DNA from: a virus
Taxonomy: Duplodnaviria > Caudoviricetes
Direction: 5' to 3' (one strand)
Virus record (IMG/VR): IMGVR_UViG_3300031519_000033
Span: 1 to 50,376 of that record
Length of the DNA stretch: 50,376 nucleotides
Made by a program: the position numbers and the translations under genes. A model generated the notes under the pieces. That model was not told the origin of the DNA. It saw only the letters and a list, made by a program, of their open reading frames with translations, and did not search any database. Positions 1-10,742 of the stretch are shown here, one piece after another. The first letter of the stretch is position 1, and the number at the start of each line of letters is the position of its first letter.

Positions 1-324
1 GCTGGAACATTAGATGTTCTATTTTTTTTAGATCCATTCTTCTACGTTGGAGATTGGAAGACTAACAAGAAGTGGACTGATGATGATCATAAAGATGGAA
101 GAAGACAAAAGATGCTTTACCCATTTGAAGATTTATGGGATAATAGTTTAAATGGATATTCACTCCAGATTAGTATGTATCGATTAATGTTAGAAGAAGC
201 AGGATTCGAAACTGAAGGTGGATTCCTAGTTTGGTTAGGTCCCGCTGAGCCAAAAGTAGTCAAGTGTTTAGATCTTAGGGATCGCTTACGTGAGTTTTTA
301 GATAAAAATAATTTTGTATCTTAA
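1..324 (+). CDS. PD-(D/E)XK nuclease / exonuclease (5'-truncated by the window edge)
   Basis: Frame 1 is open from base 1: AGTLDVLF...VGDWKTNK...YSLQISMY. This matches the G-x-x-D...D-W-K-T...Q-x-x-x-Y motifs of RecB/Cas4-like nucleases. Confidence 0.75.
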   Translation, partial: AGTLDVLFFLDPFFYVGDWKTNKKWTDDDHKDGRRQKMLYPFEDLWDNSLNGYSLQISMYRLMLEEAGFETEGGFLVWLGPAEPKVVKCLDLRDRLREFLDKNNFVS

Positions 325-350
325 AACTAAACAGATTACTCTTGTATAAT
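324..350 (+). promoter_or_regulatory. AAAC-N16-GTATAAT promoter-like motif upstream of groEL
   Basis: AAAC at 324-327, a 16-nt spacer, then GTATAAT at 344-350. The same spacing recurs at other operon starts. Confidence 0.7.
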
Positions 351-372
351 ACAATATAAAAAATTAATTAAT

Positions 373-1980
373 ATGAATCCAAGACATATAACATTTTCGA
401 ATGAATCAAGAAACAAACTAAAAAGAGGAGTAGATCAGCTTGCGAACTCAGTTAAGGTAACGCTAGGACCTAAAGGTAGAAACGTTGTACTTGGAAGAGC
501 TAATCACTATGCTATTACTAAGGATGGAGTGTCCGTAGCAAGAGAGATCTTTCTTAATGATCCAGTTGAAAACTTAGGAGCTCAGATGGTTAAACAGGTT
601 GCATCTAATGTGGCCATGTCAGCGGGTGATGGAACTACAACAGCTACTGTATTGGCTCAATCAGTGTTAACACATGGACTCCAGATGATTGAAGCAGGAT
701 TTGACCCAATGGCTATTAAGTCAGGAATCGATAAAACCTTAGAAAAAATAAAGGAAAATATCGTATCTCATGCTGTAAAACTGGAAGGAATAGAGCAAAT
801 TGAACAGGTTGCAACTATATCTGCAAATGGTGATGAAACTATCGGATCAATGATAGCAAAAGCAATGGATGAAGTAGGATTTGACGGAGTAATTACTATC
901 GATAATTCTGCAACTCACGAGACGCACTTAGAGTTAATGACTGGGATGCAATTCTTTTCAGGATATCTTTCTCCGTATTTTGTCAACAATATGGCAAAAT
1001 TAGAGGCCCACTTAGATAATCCAATCATATTTATATATGATGGAAAAATTAAAGGTCTTAAGGGATTAGTTCACATACTTGAACATTCAAATACAACACA
1101 GCGACCTATCCTTATTATAGCTAATGGAATCGAAGGAGATGCGCTTCAAGCATTAATAATGAATAAAGCAAATGGAGTTATCGACGTATGCGCGGTAAAT
1201 TCACCAGGATATGGACATGTTAAATCTGAAGCCCTAAAAGATATTGGCGCAGTTTTAGGAGCCAACGTTTTAAATGAAGCAGAAGGACAGGATATTGCAA
1301 ACTTAGATCCAACTAAAATTGCAAACATAGTAGGATCAGCAGAACGTATCACGGTATCTTCAAATGAGACTACTATAATTAATGGTGGAGGATCTAATGA
1401 AGTGGTAGCTGCTAGAATTGAAGAAATAAAAGCACAAATTGCAAATCAAACTAACGAATCTGAAATCCTTCTATTAAAAGAAAGATTATCAAAGTTAGAA
1501 GGTGGAGTTGCTATCCTTAAAATAGGAGCTTACACAGATGTAGAATTAAAAGAAAAACGAGATAGAGTTGATGATGCTCTTCAAGCGACTAAGGCTGCTA
1601 CTGAGGAAGGAATTTTACCAGGAGGTGGAATTGCTTTATACAGAGCGTCAGCTGAACTTGAAATGAATCCAGATACTTCTCTATCTGAACAAGAACAGAT
1701 CGGAGCAAACATATTAATATCAGCTTGTCGAGAGCCATTTAATATGATACTTGCAAATGCCGGTAAAAACGCTGAGGTCATTGCTAATGGCTTAACAGAT
1801 GAGTACAACAATGGTTTCGATTCTCGAAGCAATTCATATGTCGATATGGTTGCAGAAGGTATTATTGATCCGGCCAAGGTTACAAGATCGGCCATTGAAA
1901 ATGCAGCATCTATATCGGGACTGATGTTAACCACTGAATGTGTGTTAATGGAGGAACCGTCAGCAAATAAAGAAGGCTAA
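373..1980 (+). CDS. groEL: Chaperonin GroEL
   Basis: Motifs VKVTLGPKGRNV, ITKDGVSVA, AGDGTTTATVLA, GILPGGG and GIIDPAKVTRSA. No C-terminal GGM tail. Confidence 0.97.
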   Translation: MNPRHITFSNESRNKLKRGVDQLANSVKVTLGPKGRNVVLGRANHYAITKDGVSVAREIFLNDPVENLGAQMVKQVASNVAMSAGDGTTTATVLAQSVLTHGLQMIEAGFDPMAIKSGIDKTLEKIKENIVSHAVKLEGIEQIEQVATISANGDETIGSMIAKAMDEVGFDGVITIDNSATHETHLELMTGMQFFSGYLSPYFVNNMAKLEAHLDNPIIFIYDGKIKGLKGLVHILEHSNTTQRPILIIANGIEGDALQALIMNKANGVIDVCAVNSPGYGHVKSEALKDIGAVLGANVLNEAEGQDIANLDPTKIANIVGSAERITVSSNETTIINGGGSNEVVAARIEEIKAQIANQTNESEILLLKERLSKLEGGVAILKIGAYTDVELKEKRDRVDDALQATKAATEEGILPGGGIALYRASAELEMNPDTSLSEQEQIGANILISACREPFNMILANAGKNAEVIANGLTDEYNNGFDSRSNSYVDMVAEGIIDPAKVTRSAIENAASISGLMLTTECVLMEEPSANKEG

Positions 1981-2006
1981 GAAATTACCTCTTTATCTTT
2001 TCTCAC

Positions 2007-2035
2007 CAAAAGGCCCTCTTCACGAGGGCCTTTTG
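2007..2035 (+). terminator. Intrinsic terminator after groEL
   Basis: CAAAAGGCCCTC-ttcac-GAGGGCCTTTTG, a perfect inverted repeat. Confidence 0.8.
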
Positions 2036-2042
2036 CGTTAAA

Positions 2043-2049
2043 ATAAATA
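2043..2049 (+). promoter_or_regulatory. Late-promoter-like ATAAATA
   Basis: Lies just after the terminator and 10 nt before the GTG start. Resembles the T4 late promoter TATAAATA. Confidence 0.5.
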
Positions 2050-2059
2050 AAAATAAAAA

Positions 2060-5000
2060 GTGGCTAATCTTTTAGATCAATTAATAAACGAGATTGCGGT
2101 TTTATCTGGACTTACTACTGAGGAAGTAACTACTAATTTTACACAAGAGCAATTGGAACATTTACTCCAAGTATCTCAGTGTACAGAAGAAGAATCAGTT
2201 GGGCCTATTGCTACTAATTTAGAAGACCTTTCTTGTAAAGACGATGGTGCACCATCTGATCTAGTAAATAATATTCGCCAGAATGGTGGAGATTTTGCTG
2301 CTCAGTTCGCAGATGCTCAAAAATCAGACTTCAAAGACAAGGAAAAGGAACCTCCATTTGACGGAAGTGAATGTATTGAATCAGTAGAGGTAGTAAATGC
2401 AGAAATAAAAAAAGACATTGATGATAATACTGAACACAATATACTTCTCAGTAAATTATACGAATTACAAGATAATCTAAAACCGCTTGAATTTTATTAC
2501 TTAGAGCGCTCCAGATATATGGCAGTTATACTTGGAGAATTTGCTCCAATCCTTAAAGAGATGAAACGTCTAAGGGATGAGATTAATGGTTATACCGATG
2601 ATATCGAAACAAGCCTCACAACAATATCCGATAATAAAATTAGTGGAATTATTCAGAACCAAACCACACATGATAATGCCACTGATGAAATCGCCAGACT
2701 AACCGGACTTATTGCTGATGCTGAAATATTATTTAATGATCAAGAAACATTAAGAAGTGGAACAGAACAAAACTATCCATTAATGACAAATGGTATAATC
2801 AATGGATACGCAGATGGCAACAATGGAATTGCCGAGAAAGCAGCGTTAATGGTTCAAGTTAAAAGTGTAATTTCTAATTCTATAATAAACAGCATAGAAG
2901 ACGAACTAGGTGATTATTCTGAATATATAACTATTGATATATTATCTCCCTCTGGATCTTACTCTAATATTTTACAAAATCCAATAGTAGAATTTAAATT
3001 GCAATTCCAAGATCTAATATCAATGCAATTAGATAAAGAACATTTTGATATAGAATCAGGAGATAAATTTGTATACAAAGAAACTTATCTAATCAAAGAT
3101 AATCCACTGCTATTAAAAAATACATTTTTCCAAAGTGGTCCAGGATATATCATAAGCCACATAGCTGGAAATGAAGATGCGGATAGCAAAGGAGCATTAT
3201 ATACAAAATATTATAACCTACTAAATGATCCGACTAATAATTTCTTCTCATTAGAAGAGCGAGGTTTAACTTCAAGCATCGGATTACTTGACCCTAAACT
3301 AGTAGGACAAGATGCGATAACTAAAAAAGAAAAGGAGACTGATTATTTTATACAAAATATGGACGCGATGGCTAATTTCTATAAAAACTTTGATACAACA
3401 TGGGAAGCCAGACAAAAACAGGTAAGAGCCAAAATAGTATCTGAAAATTTATCCGTTTCTAAAAATTCACTTGAATTAGTCGCAAGACATGACGTCCAAT
3501 TACTATTATCACTTGGACGAGTAAATATATATTCTGGAAGTGATGGATATTCAGTTACCGCAGATGATGGAACGACCTCAACGGTAGGAATCGGAATGTT
3601 AGAAGGAGCACAAACTGCAATAACAGCGGTTAGCAATGCAAACAATGTATTTGCTGAAAGATTACTAGATTTACAAGAGGAAATTACAAGAATTGAAACA
3701 ATAAAAAAGGAAACTAAACCTACTCCTGAAAAGATAAAAGCCAGATTAAAGGAGGAAAATTCTAAATGTTTCGATGATATACCTGATGATCTAGAAGGAG
3801 AAGCTGCATGCTCAGATGTTAAATCCGTACTGGGATCTGATCCTTTCTTTGAAAGTCTAGACGGAATAGATCCAAACCTTCCTAATTTTAGCCAAGGATG
3901 TTATTGGAGAGAATTCGCAAAGCTCGCAACAATTCAAGGATTATTCCCAATGGTTAATAGCGTGAATGAATTTAGATACTGGCCAGTTGGCTTGGTTATT
4001 CCATCCCCGAGTGGACTTATCAAAATACCATTACCTCAAATATGGATACCGCTAATTACCATATCTACTCCACTTGGAATTCTTGTAATATTCTTAAATA
4101 TAAACGGTAGATTCATATCACCTGTCGTATTCTTTATGTCTTCCTCGGGTTATAAACAGCACCTTGTAACAATACGTGGATCATCCGAAAAGTTCGGTAG
4201 CGATAGAGAAGATGAACTTATCAAGCCGCTAATTCAAATCCCGCTCGCTGCACAATCTGCAATAGATAAAGCTCAAGCAGGATCGCTTAAACCTGAAGAT
4301 AATTATACCGAAGAAGAAGCTGCGAAAGTTAGCATACTTAAGGGTAAAGAAGCAGATGCAAAAGAGGCAGGAGATACCGTTAGGGAATATAAAGCTAAGA
4401 AAGAAGCAGTAGACATGGCAACTCAAGCAGTTGATCGCGTAAAGCCAGAAACTACTAAGATGGCAGAAGCTGCTGATAAAGGAGAAGAAGTAGGAGAGAT
4501 GGTAGAAGAAGTTAAGAAGAAAGTATTTAAGACAATGGATGATCTTGGAAAACCTGCACTTGGTAAAATTGATAAACTAAAAGCTAAAGCAGCTGAACGG
4601 TCTGCTTCCCTACAGGCAGAAAAGAAAACTGCGATGGAATCAAATAATAAAACTAGAGTAAAGGAAATAAACAAGGAACTTAAATCAGATGGACTAGATT
4701 TAGAGGAAAAGAAATCCGCATATATTGAAGATCTTTTAAACTACTTCGATAATATCACATTCCCTAAAATAGTGCTTCCCAAGGAAACCGATAAAATAGA
4801 TCCTAAGCCTGAATCAACCGATGAGTCAAAGGATAAAGCTACCGAAATGTCAAGCAGTCACGATAAGGAATTCGTATCCGACCAACTCGCAACAGTTAAA
4901 AATATGATAGCCGTTGCTATTGCTAAACATAAAAAGGATTTAGAAGAAGCTATCCCATCTGGTACATACAATGTAAATGATGATCTTGATAAGATTAAGG

Positions 5001-6262
5001 GATTCATGAAAGACATGGTGGATTCAATTAAGGATAAAGCCAAAGGAGCAGGATCCAATCCGGTCGATCCAGCGAGTGCTACTAAACAACTAAAGGAAGC
5101 AGATGATAATCGAAAGGAACAAACTAATCCCGAAGATAAGGAAGCATCTGAAAAAAGATACGAAGGAGTACAGGAGAGTTTATCTAAGAAAATGGAATCT
5201 GCTCGAACTAAACAGACATTATCTATTACTCCTGGTATAATATCCGCTCTATCAGGAGTATCTATATCATTTGATCCATTTGCCAAATGTTGCCCATCTG
5301 ATACTTTCTCAATTGGATTTCCACTTCCACCGGATGTTAATATAGCAGTTAATGGAGGATCGTCACTTGTAAAAGGAGTAATTGACGGAATGTCAGCCGG
5401 ATCCTTAAAATCAGTATTTGGTGGTAAAAATAATGTTAATGCTAAAGATATTAGACTCGGAGTCTTAGGTATATCTAAATCGGCTATCCCAGATTCCATG
5501 TCAATTCCTAAGCCTGAACTAAATTTATCATCCGCAACTGAAATGTTTAGTGGAATACTAGGAGGAATGTCTATGCCACAAGCATCGTTTCCTACTGCAT
5601 TATCATTATCTCAATTGAATGCTAAAATAAATGTAGATCTTTCTATCGTGAAAGAACCTATTAAAAATGCACTATCTACGTATTTACAAAATAACCTAGA
5701 AGCTAAGAACGCTCAAAGTTTAGAAACAGATTTTATATACACTAGCCCGAACGATATAAAAGCATTCATGAAGAAGTTCATAGAATCAATGACTGGTGAA
5801 ATTGAAGGTAAATTAACTTCTTATTACGATATCATTAATGCTGCAGGAATTAAAAATGGAAATGGTATGGATTTAAATGTACTAGAAGCCGCGGTATTTA
5901 ATGTATCTCCATTTGGAACAATTGCTAAAACTAAGTTCATAGTAAAAGGTAAACTTAAATTCGCAAAAACTAAATCTGAATCTCAATGGATTATAAGTGA
6001 GGATGCTTTGAAAATAGCATCTGGTCTTCTTAAAACCGCACTTACTCCTATTGTATCAAACCCAGTAGCAGGGTTACTAGTAGCAGGAGCTGGCGCAGTT
6101 GATCAAATTGATATCATCCGAAAAATACATCCAATTTTAAGCGCAGATGATATCCCACCATGGGAACGGTTAACCATGAAGAACGTTTTGTTCTTAATCT
6201 TCTTAGATCAGTTTTGTTCAGTTGGAGCCGATCAGGTTGGTTTTTTTAGACAATATTTGTAA
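2060..6262 (+). CDS. 1400-aa hypothetical protein, probably virion-associated (coiled coils plus a central hydrophobic Pro-rich segment)
   Basis: Long ORF preceded by the late-type motif. No family recognised. Confidence 0.55.
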   Translation: MANLLDQLINEIAVLSGLTTEEVTTNFTQEQLEHLLQVSQCTEEESVGPIATNLEDLSCKDDGAPSDLVNNIRQNGGDFAAQFADAQKSDFKDKEKEPPFDGSECIESVEVVNAEIKKDIDDNTEHNILLSKLYELQDNLKPLEFYYLERSRYMAVILGEFAPILKEMKRLRDEINGYTDDIETSLTTISDNKISGIIQNQTTHDNATDEIARLTGLIADAEILFNDQETLRSGTEQNYPLMTNGIINGYADGNNGIAEKAALMVQVKSVISNSIINSIEDELGDYSEYITIDILSPSGSYSNILQNPIVEFKLQFQDLISMQLDKEHFDIESGDKFVYKETYLIKDNPLLLKNTFFQSGPGYIISHIAGNEDADSKGALYTKYYNLLNDPTNNFFSLEERGLTSSIGLLDPKLVGQDAITKKEKETDYFIQNMDAMANFYKNFDTTWEARQKQVRAKIVSENLSVSKNSLELVARHDVQLLLSLGRVNIYSGSDGYSVTADDGTTSTVGIGMLEGAQTAITAVSNANNVFAERLLDLQEEITRIETIKKETKPTPEKIKARLKEENSKCFDDIPDDLEGEAACSDVKSVLGSDPFFESLDGIDPNLPNFSQGCYWREFAKLATIQGLFPMVNSVNEFRYWPVGLVIPSPSGLIKIPLPQIWIPLITISTPLGILVIFLNINGRFISPVVFFMSSSGYKQHLVTIRGSSEKFGSDREDELIKPLIQIPLAAQSAIDKAQAGSLKPEDNYTEEEAAKVSILKGKEADAKEAGDTVREYKAKKEAVDMATQAVDRVKPETTKMAEAADKGEEVGEMVEEVKKKVFKTMDDLGKPALGKIDKLKAKAAERSASLQAEKKTAMESNNKTRVKEINKELKSDGLDLEEKKSAYIEDLLNYFDNITFPKIVLPKETDKIDPKPESTDESKDKATEMSSSHDKEFVSDQLATVKNMIAVAIAKHKKDLEEAIPSGTYNVNDDLDKIKGFMKDMVDSIKDKAKGAGSNPVDPASATKQLKEADDNRKEQTNPEDKEASEKRYEGVQESLSKKMESARTKQTLSITPGIISALSGVSISFDPFAKCCPSDTFSIGFPLPPDVNIAVNGGSSLVKGVIDGMSAGSLKSVFGGKNNVNAKDIRLGVLGISKSAIPDSMSIPKPELNLSSATEMFSGILGGMSMPQASFPTALSLSQLNAKINVDLSIVKEPIKNALSTYLQNNLEAKNAQSLETDFIYTSPNDIKAFMKKFIESMTGEIEGKLTSYYDIINAAGIKNGNGMDLNVLEAAVFNVSPFGTIAKTKFIVKGKLKFAKTKSESQWIISEDALKIASGLLKTALTPIVSNPVAGLLVAGAGAVDQIDIIRKIHPILSADDIPPWERLTMKNVLFLIFLDQFCSVGADQVGFFRQYL

Positions 6263-6270
6263 TATTTCAA

Positions 6271-6297
6271 AAACTTTATAAAACATAGGAGTATAAG
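6271..6297 (+). promoter_or_regulatory. AAAC-N16-GTATAAG promoter-like motif upstream of the S1-like gene
   Basis: AAAC at 6271-6274, 16-nt spacer, GTATAAG at 6291-6297. Confidence 0.6.
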
Positions 6298-6316
6298 TCT
6301 ATATAAAATATTTAAT

Positions 6317-7504
6317 ATGAACATACAAAATAACACACCTCAATCAGAATTAGACGAGTTATTTAGAGACAACTCTAAATATAACACTAGTATCAATCTA
6401 CTACAAGATGATATAGATTCAGACATGAAGGTTTATTGTAAAGAACCATATGCACAGGAACTATACGATGCAATGAATAAACATTCATCTGACACAGGAA
6501 TGGACCTGTATGCGCGTAAAGATCTAGACATTGGAACTATATACAACGTTAAAGCGGTTCAAATTGATTTTGACGATAAATCAATAAGAGCAGAGGAAGT
6601 TAATTCAAGCGTTGAAATAGTAATTCCATTCTCAGAGTTTGCATCTTCACTCGAGGACTTAACCAAAGGAGAAGGAACTGAATTCTCAACTATGTTAATT
6701 AGACAAGATAGAACAGGATCTTTTATAGGATCTGAAAAACAATGTGTATCTATTAACTATAAGAAAGAAATAGTAGCTCATCTTGAAAATAAAACTTGGT
6801 TCGAAGTTAGTATCAAGAAACTTATCAAAGGTGGGTATGTTGCAATGTATAAAGATACAGTTGAATGCTTTATTCCAGGATCTCACGCTGGAGCTAACGT
6901 AATTAGGGACTTCTCTACTTTACTTGGAACAACTATGAATGTAATGGTTGATAATTACGATCAATCGAACGATCTATTCATCTTGTCTTACAAGAAATAC
7001 ATTCAAAAATCTATGCCACTTATGATTAGCGAACTTAAGTTCGGTCATAAATATACTGGAACCTTAACGAACAAGCCACTTGATTTTGGAGCATTTGTAG
7101 AGTTTGAAGGATATTTCACTGGTCTAATTCACTCTTCTGAGTTTGAGGACTACGCTGAAATCAAACGAACCATGACAGCAGGAGATGAAATCGAGTTCTA
7201 TATCAAGAACGTTACGAAGAAAGGTTCTCAATTCAGAATCGTATGTACTTTAAACGAAGACACCATCGATCGTGAAAAGAAAAGATGGGACGATCTTAGA
7301 ACAAGGACCGAAGGAGAAAGCTTCGAATATGATGTAGATTCTAATAACAACTCGATCAAGATCTATATCGATGGAGAATCTTATGATGTTACTATGAGAA
7401 GAAAAGATCTTCAGAGAAATTTAGATCTTTATCCTAAAGTAAAAGTATCCAAGGTTGATCCAATCAACAAAAGTTTGAAATTTGAATTTGTAGTATCAGA
7501 ATAA
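6317..7504 (+). CDS. rpsA: Ribosomal protein bS1-like multi-S1-domain protein
   Basis: KKLIKGGYVA...ECFIPGSH resembles S1 domain 2. YTGTLTNKPLDFGAFVEFEGYFTGLIHSSE resembles S1 domain 3. Confidence 0.8.
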   Translation: MNIQNNTPQSELDELFRDNSKYNTSINLLQDDIDSDMKVYCKEPYAQELYDAMNKHSSDTGMDLYARKDLDIGTIYNVKAVQIDFDDKSIRAEEVNSSVEIVIPFSEFASSLEDLTKGEGTEFSTMLIRQDRTGSFIGSEKQCVSINYKKEIVAHLENKTWFEVSIKKLIKGGYVAMYKDTVECFIPGSHAGANVIRDFSTLLGTTMNVMVDNYDQSNDLFILSYKKYIQKSMPLMISELKFGHKYTGTLTNKPLDFGAFVEFEGYFTGLIHSSEFEDYAEIKRTMTAGDEIEFYIKNVTKKGSQFRIVCTLNEDTIDREKKRWDDLRTRTEGESFEYDVDSNNNSIKIYIDGESYDVTMRRKDLQRNLDLYPKVKVSKVDPINKSLKFEFVVSE

Positions 7505-7662
7505 TTTAAATTTATTTAGTATAAAATCTTAACCGATTAATAAATAAATTAAATGCAAGAACTACACTTACAAATATCAACATCTAACATTAAAACTTAT
7601 TAAATTACCTGCCGCCTTCATTAGCGGCAGTGTAGTCTAACACCAATTGTAAAATAAATATT

Positions 7663-8106
7663 ATGAAAATTTTAAGAATTAGAGATGTAAAGATGCCAAC
7701 ACGCGGAACAGAAGGTTCTGCAGGCATAGATTTATTCATTCCGACTGATTTTGTGGAAAAAACCCTTAGTCCGGGAGAATCTGTTTTTATTCCAGCAGGG
7801 TTAAAAGTTAAAGTTCCTAATGGTCACGCGCTAATCGCTATGAATAAGTCAGGAGTGGCAGCTAAGAGATCACTTTTAGTTGGAGCATGTGTGATTGATG
7901 AAGATTACCAAGGAGAGATACATATAGACCTTAAGAATGTTGGAACCGAATCACAGACGTTGCATGCAGGGGATAAGATTACACAAGTCTTATGCATACC
8001 TGTCACTTATACTCCAGTTGAAGAGAGTGAATCTGAGAGTGATTTATTCGGAGATGTAGTTACCGAAAGAGGTGAAGGTGGATTTGGTTCAACCGGTTTA
8101 AAATAA
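7663..8106 (+). CDS. dut: Trimeric dUTPase
   Basis: SAGIDL, KSG, GACVIDEDYQGEI and ERGEGGFGSTG motifs. Confidence 0.95.
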   Translation: MKILRIRDVKMPTRGTEGSAGIDLFIPTDFVEKTLSPGESVFIPAGLKVKVPNGHALIAMNKSGVAAKRSLLVGACVIDEDYQGEIHIDLKNVGTESQTLHAGDKITQVLCIPVTYTPVEESESESDLFGDVVTERGEGGFGSTGLK

Positions 8107-8121
8107 AAATAATAATATATA

Positions 8122-10698
8122 ATGGAATTAACATTAGAAACAATAAAGGAGAAGACTATGACAACTTACACACGAGAAGAAGTACTTAAATCAGCTTTAG
8201 AATATTTCAAAGGCGACGAACTTGCATCTACTGTTTGGGTAAATAAGTATGCACTCAAGGATTCAGACGGGAATTTATACGAACGTACACCTGCTGATAT
8301 GCACGATAGAATATCAGATGAAATTTATAGAATTGAAAAAAAGTATAAAAATCCAATGTCAAGGGAATTAATATATTCGTTAATTGACGGATTTAAATAC
8401 ATAATTCCACAAGGATCTCCTATGAGCGGTATTGGAAATAACTTCCAAACTGTATCTCTATCTAATTGTTTTGTTATAGGAGAATCAGGTCCTTCTGATT
8501 CATATGGAGCTATTTTAAAACTCGACCAAGAACAGGTTCAATTAATGAAACGTAGAGGCGGAGTAGGACATACGCTAGAGGCAATACGACCCAAGGGAAG
8601 TAGAGTTAATAATTCAGCTTTGACTTCTACTGGAGTTGTGCCGTTTATGGAACGATATTCTAATTCAACTAGGGAAGTTGCTCAAGATGGACGAAGAGGA
8701 GCATTGATGCTTTCAATGTCAATAAAACATCCAGATTCAGAAGCATTTATCGATGCTAAATTAGATGGCACTAAGGTTACTGGAGCAAATGTCTCAATTA
8801 AAGCACATGATGATTTTATGAAAGCTGTTACTGGAGATGGTAAATATATACAACAATGGCCAGTAGATTCAAACGATCCTACTATTACTAAGGAAGTAGA
8901 TGCACATCGTATTTGGAATAAGGTTATTGCTAATAACTGGAAATCAGCGGAACCTGGAGTTTTATTCTGGGATCAAATCATTAGAGAATCTCTTCCAGAT
9001 AGATATGCTGACTTAGGATATAAAACAGTATCAACTAATCCATGTGGAGAAATCCCATTATGTCCAGATGATTCTTGTAGACTATTGGCCGTTAACTTAT
9101 TATCATACGTAACTGATCCATTTACGTCCAGCGCTAAATTCGATTTTGATTTATTTAAAGAGCACGCAAAATATGCGTTGAGAATGATGGATAATATCGT
9201 TGATCTAGAAGTAGAAAAGATTAATGGTATTCTAAAGAAACTTAAAAGTGATCCAGAGGCTCAAACTACTAAACGAGTAGAAATTGAATTATGGACTAGA
9301 ATCCAAAAGAAATGTAAAGAAGGTAGAAGAACTGGTGTAGGTATTACTGCTGAGGGCGATATGTTAGCTGCATTAGGTTTAAGATATGGAACTACTAAAG
9401 CTACCGATTTTGCAGAAGAAGTACATAAAACATATGCACTTGAAGTATTTAGATCTTCTTGTGAATTAGCAAAAGAACGTGGAGCTTTCACAATATGGGA
9501 TCCGACTAGAGAACAGGATCATCCTTTCTTAAATAGAATTAAAGAAGCAGATCCTAAGTTATACGCTGACCTGATGAAATACGGTCGTCGTAATATTGCT
9601 TTATTAACTATCGCACCAACTGGAACTGTATCTCTAATGGCCCAAACTTCGTCAGGAGTTGAGAATGTATTCTTAGTTGCATACAGACGTAGAAAGAAAG
9701 TTAATCCAAATGATGAAGGTACTAACGCCGTATTTGTTGATGATGTAGGAGATCACTGGGAAGAATATAACGTATATCACCATGCATTCAAGACGTGGAT
9801 TGAAATAACAGGTCATAAATTCCTATCTGATGAGGATAAGAATACTCCACTTGAAGAACTAAGCGATGAAACTGTTACAATGCTTGTAACTAAATCACCT
9901 TATTATAAAGCTACATCAGATGCAGTTGATTGGGTTGAAAAAGTAAGAATGCAAGGTAGAATTCAGAAATGGGTAGATCATTCTATATCAGTAACTGTTA
10001 ACTTACCTGAAGATGCTACTGAAGAAATGGTAAACAAGGTTTATGTTACCGCTTGGAAAGAAGGATGCAAAGGATGTACTATTTATAGAGACGGATCTAG
10101 ATCTGGAGTTCTTATTTCGAAAGAAGAAAAAGTAAAAGAAGAATTATTCAAAGAATCAAATGCACCAAAGCGGCCTAAAGAATTACAATGTGCAGTAATG
10201 TCATTTCAAAACAAAGGAGAAAAATGGGTTGGACTTATAGGATTACTTAATGATCGACCTTATGAAATATTCACAGGCGCTCATGAGAACTTTCCAATAC
10301 CAAGTTATGTAGAAATCGGAAGTATTAGACGGACTAAAGGTGAAGATGGATTATCTAATTATGATTTCTTATATCAAGATAAACTAGGCAACGATGTTAC
10401 AATCCCAAGTTTAAATCATGCATTTGATGATAAGTTTTACGACTTAGCTAAGACGTTCTCAGCTATTCTTAGACATGGAATGCCGATACCTTATGTAGTT
10501 GATTTAATAGACGGATTAAACCTTGATGGTGATCTAATCACAACATGGAAAGCAGGAGTTAAGCGTATGCTTAAGAAATTTGTAAAGGATGGAACTACTC
10601 AAAGCGGTAAAACGTGTAACGAATGTGGATCTGAATCCTTAGAATACAAAGAAGGCTGTTTAACTTGTATGTCATGTGGAAATTCTAAATGCGGATAA
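8122..10698 (+). CDS. nrdJ: Class II (adenosylcobalamin-dependent) ribonucleotide reductase
   Basis: SNCFV, TNPCGEIPL, TIAPTGT, GCTIYRDGSR and a C-terminal CxxC...CxxC zinc ribbon. No adjacent beta-subunit gene. Confidence 0.9.
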   Translation: MELTLETIKEKTMTTYTREEVLKSALEYFKGDELASTVWVNKYALKDSDGNLYERTPADMHDRISDEIYRIEKKYKNPMSRELIYSLIDGFKYIIPQGSPMSGIGNNFQTVSLSNCFVIGESGPSDSYGAILKLDQEQVQLMKRRGGVGHTLEAIRPKGSRVNNSALTSTGVVPFMERYSNSTREVAQDGRRGALMLSMSIKHPDSEAFIDAKLDGTKVTGANVSIKAHDDFMKAVTGDGKYIQQWPVDSNDPTITKEVDAHRIWNKVIANNWKSAEPGVLFWDQIIRESLPDRYADLGYKTVSTNPCGEIPLCPDDSCRLLAVNLLSYVTDPFTSSAKFDFDLFKEHAKYALRMMDNIVDLEVEKINGILKKLKSDPEAQTTKRVEIELWTRIQKKCKEGRRTGVGITAEGDMLAALGLRYGTTKATDFAEEVHKTYALEVFRSSCELAKERGAFTIWDPTREQDHPFLNRIKEADPKLYADLMKYGRRNIALLTIAPTGTVSLMAQTSSGVENVFLVAYRRRKKVNPNDEGTNAVFVDDVGDHWEEYNVYHHAFKTWIEITGHKFLSDEDKNTPLEELSDETVTMLVTKSPYYKATSDAVDWVEKVRMQGRIQKWVDHSISVTVNLPEDATEEMVNKVYVTAWKEGCKGCTIYRDGSRSGVLISKEEKVKEELFKESNAPKRPKELQCAVMSFQNKGEKWVGLIGLLNDRPYEIFTGAHENFPIPSYVEIGSIRRTKGEDGLSNYDFLYQDKLGNDVTIPSLNHAFDDKFYDLAKTFSAILRHGMPIPYVVDLIDGLNLDGDLITTWKAGVKRMLKKFVKDGTTQSGKTCNECGSESLEYKEGCLTCMSCGNSKCG

Positions 10699-10742
10699 TG
10701 CGACAAGACGACTGGATAACACTTCTATATTACGAACAATAC

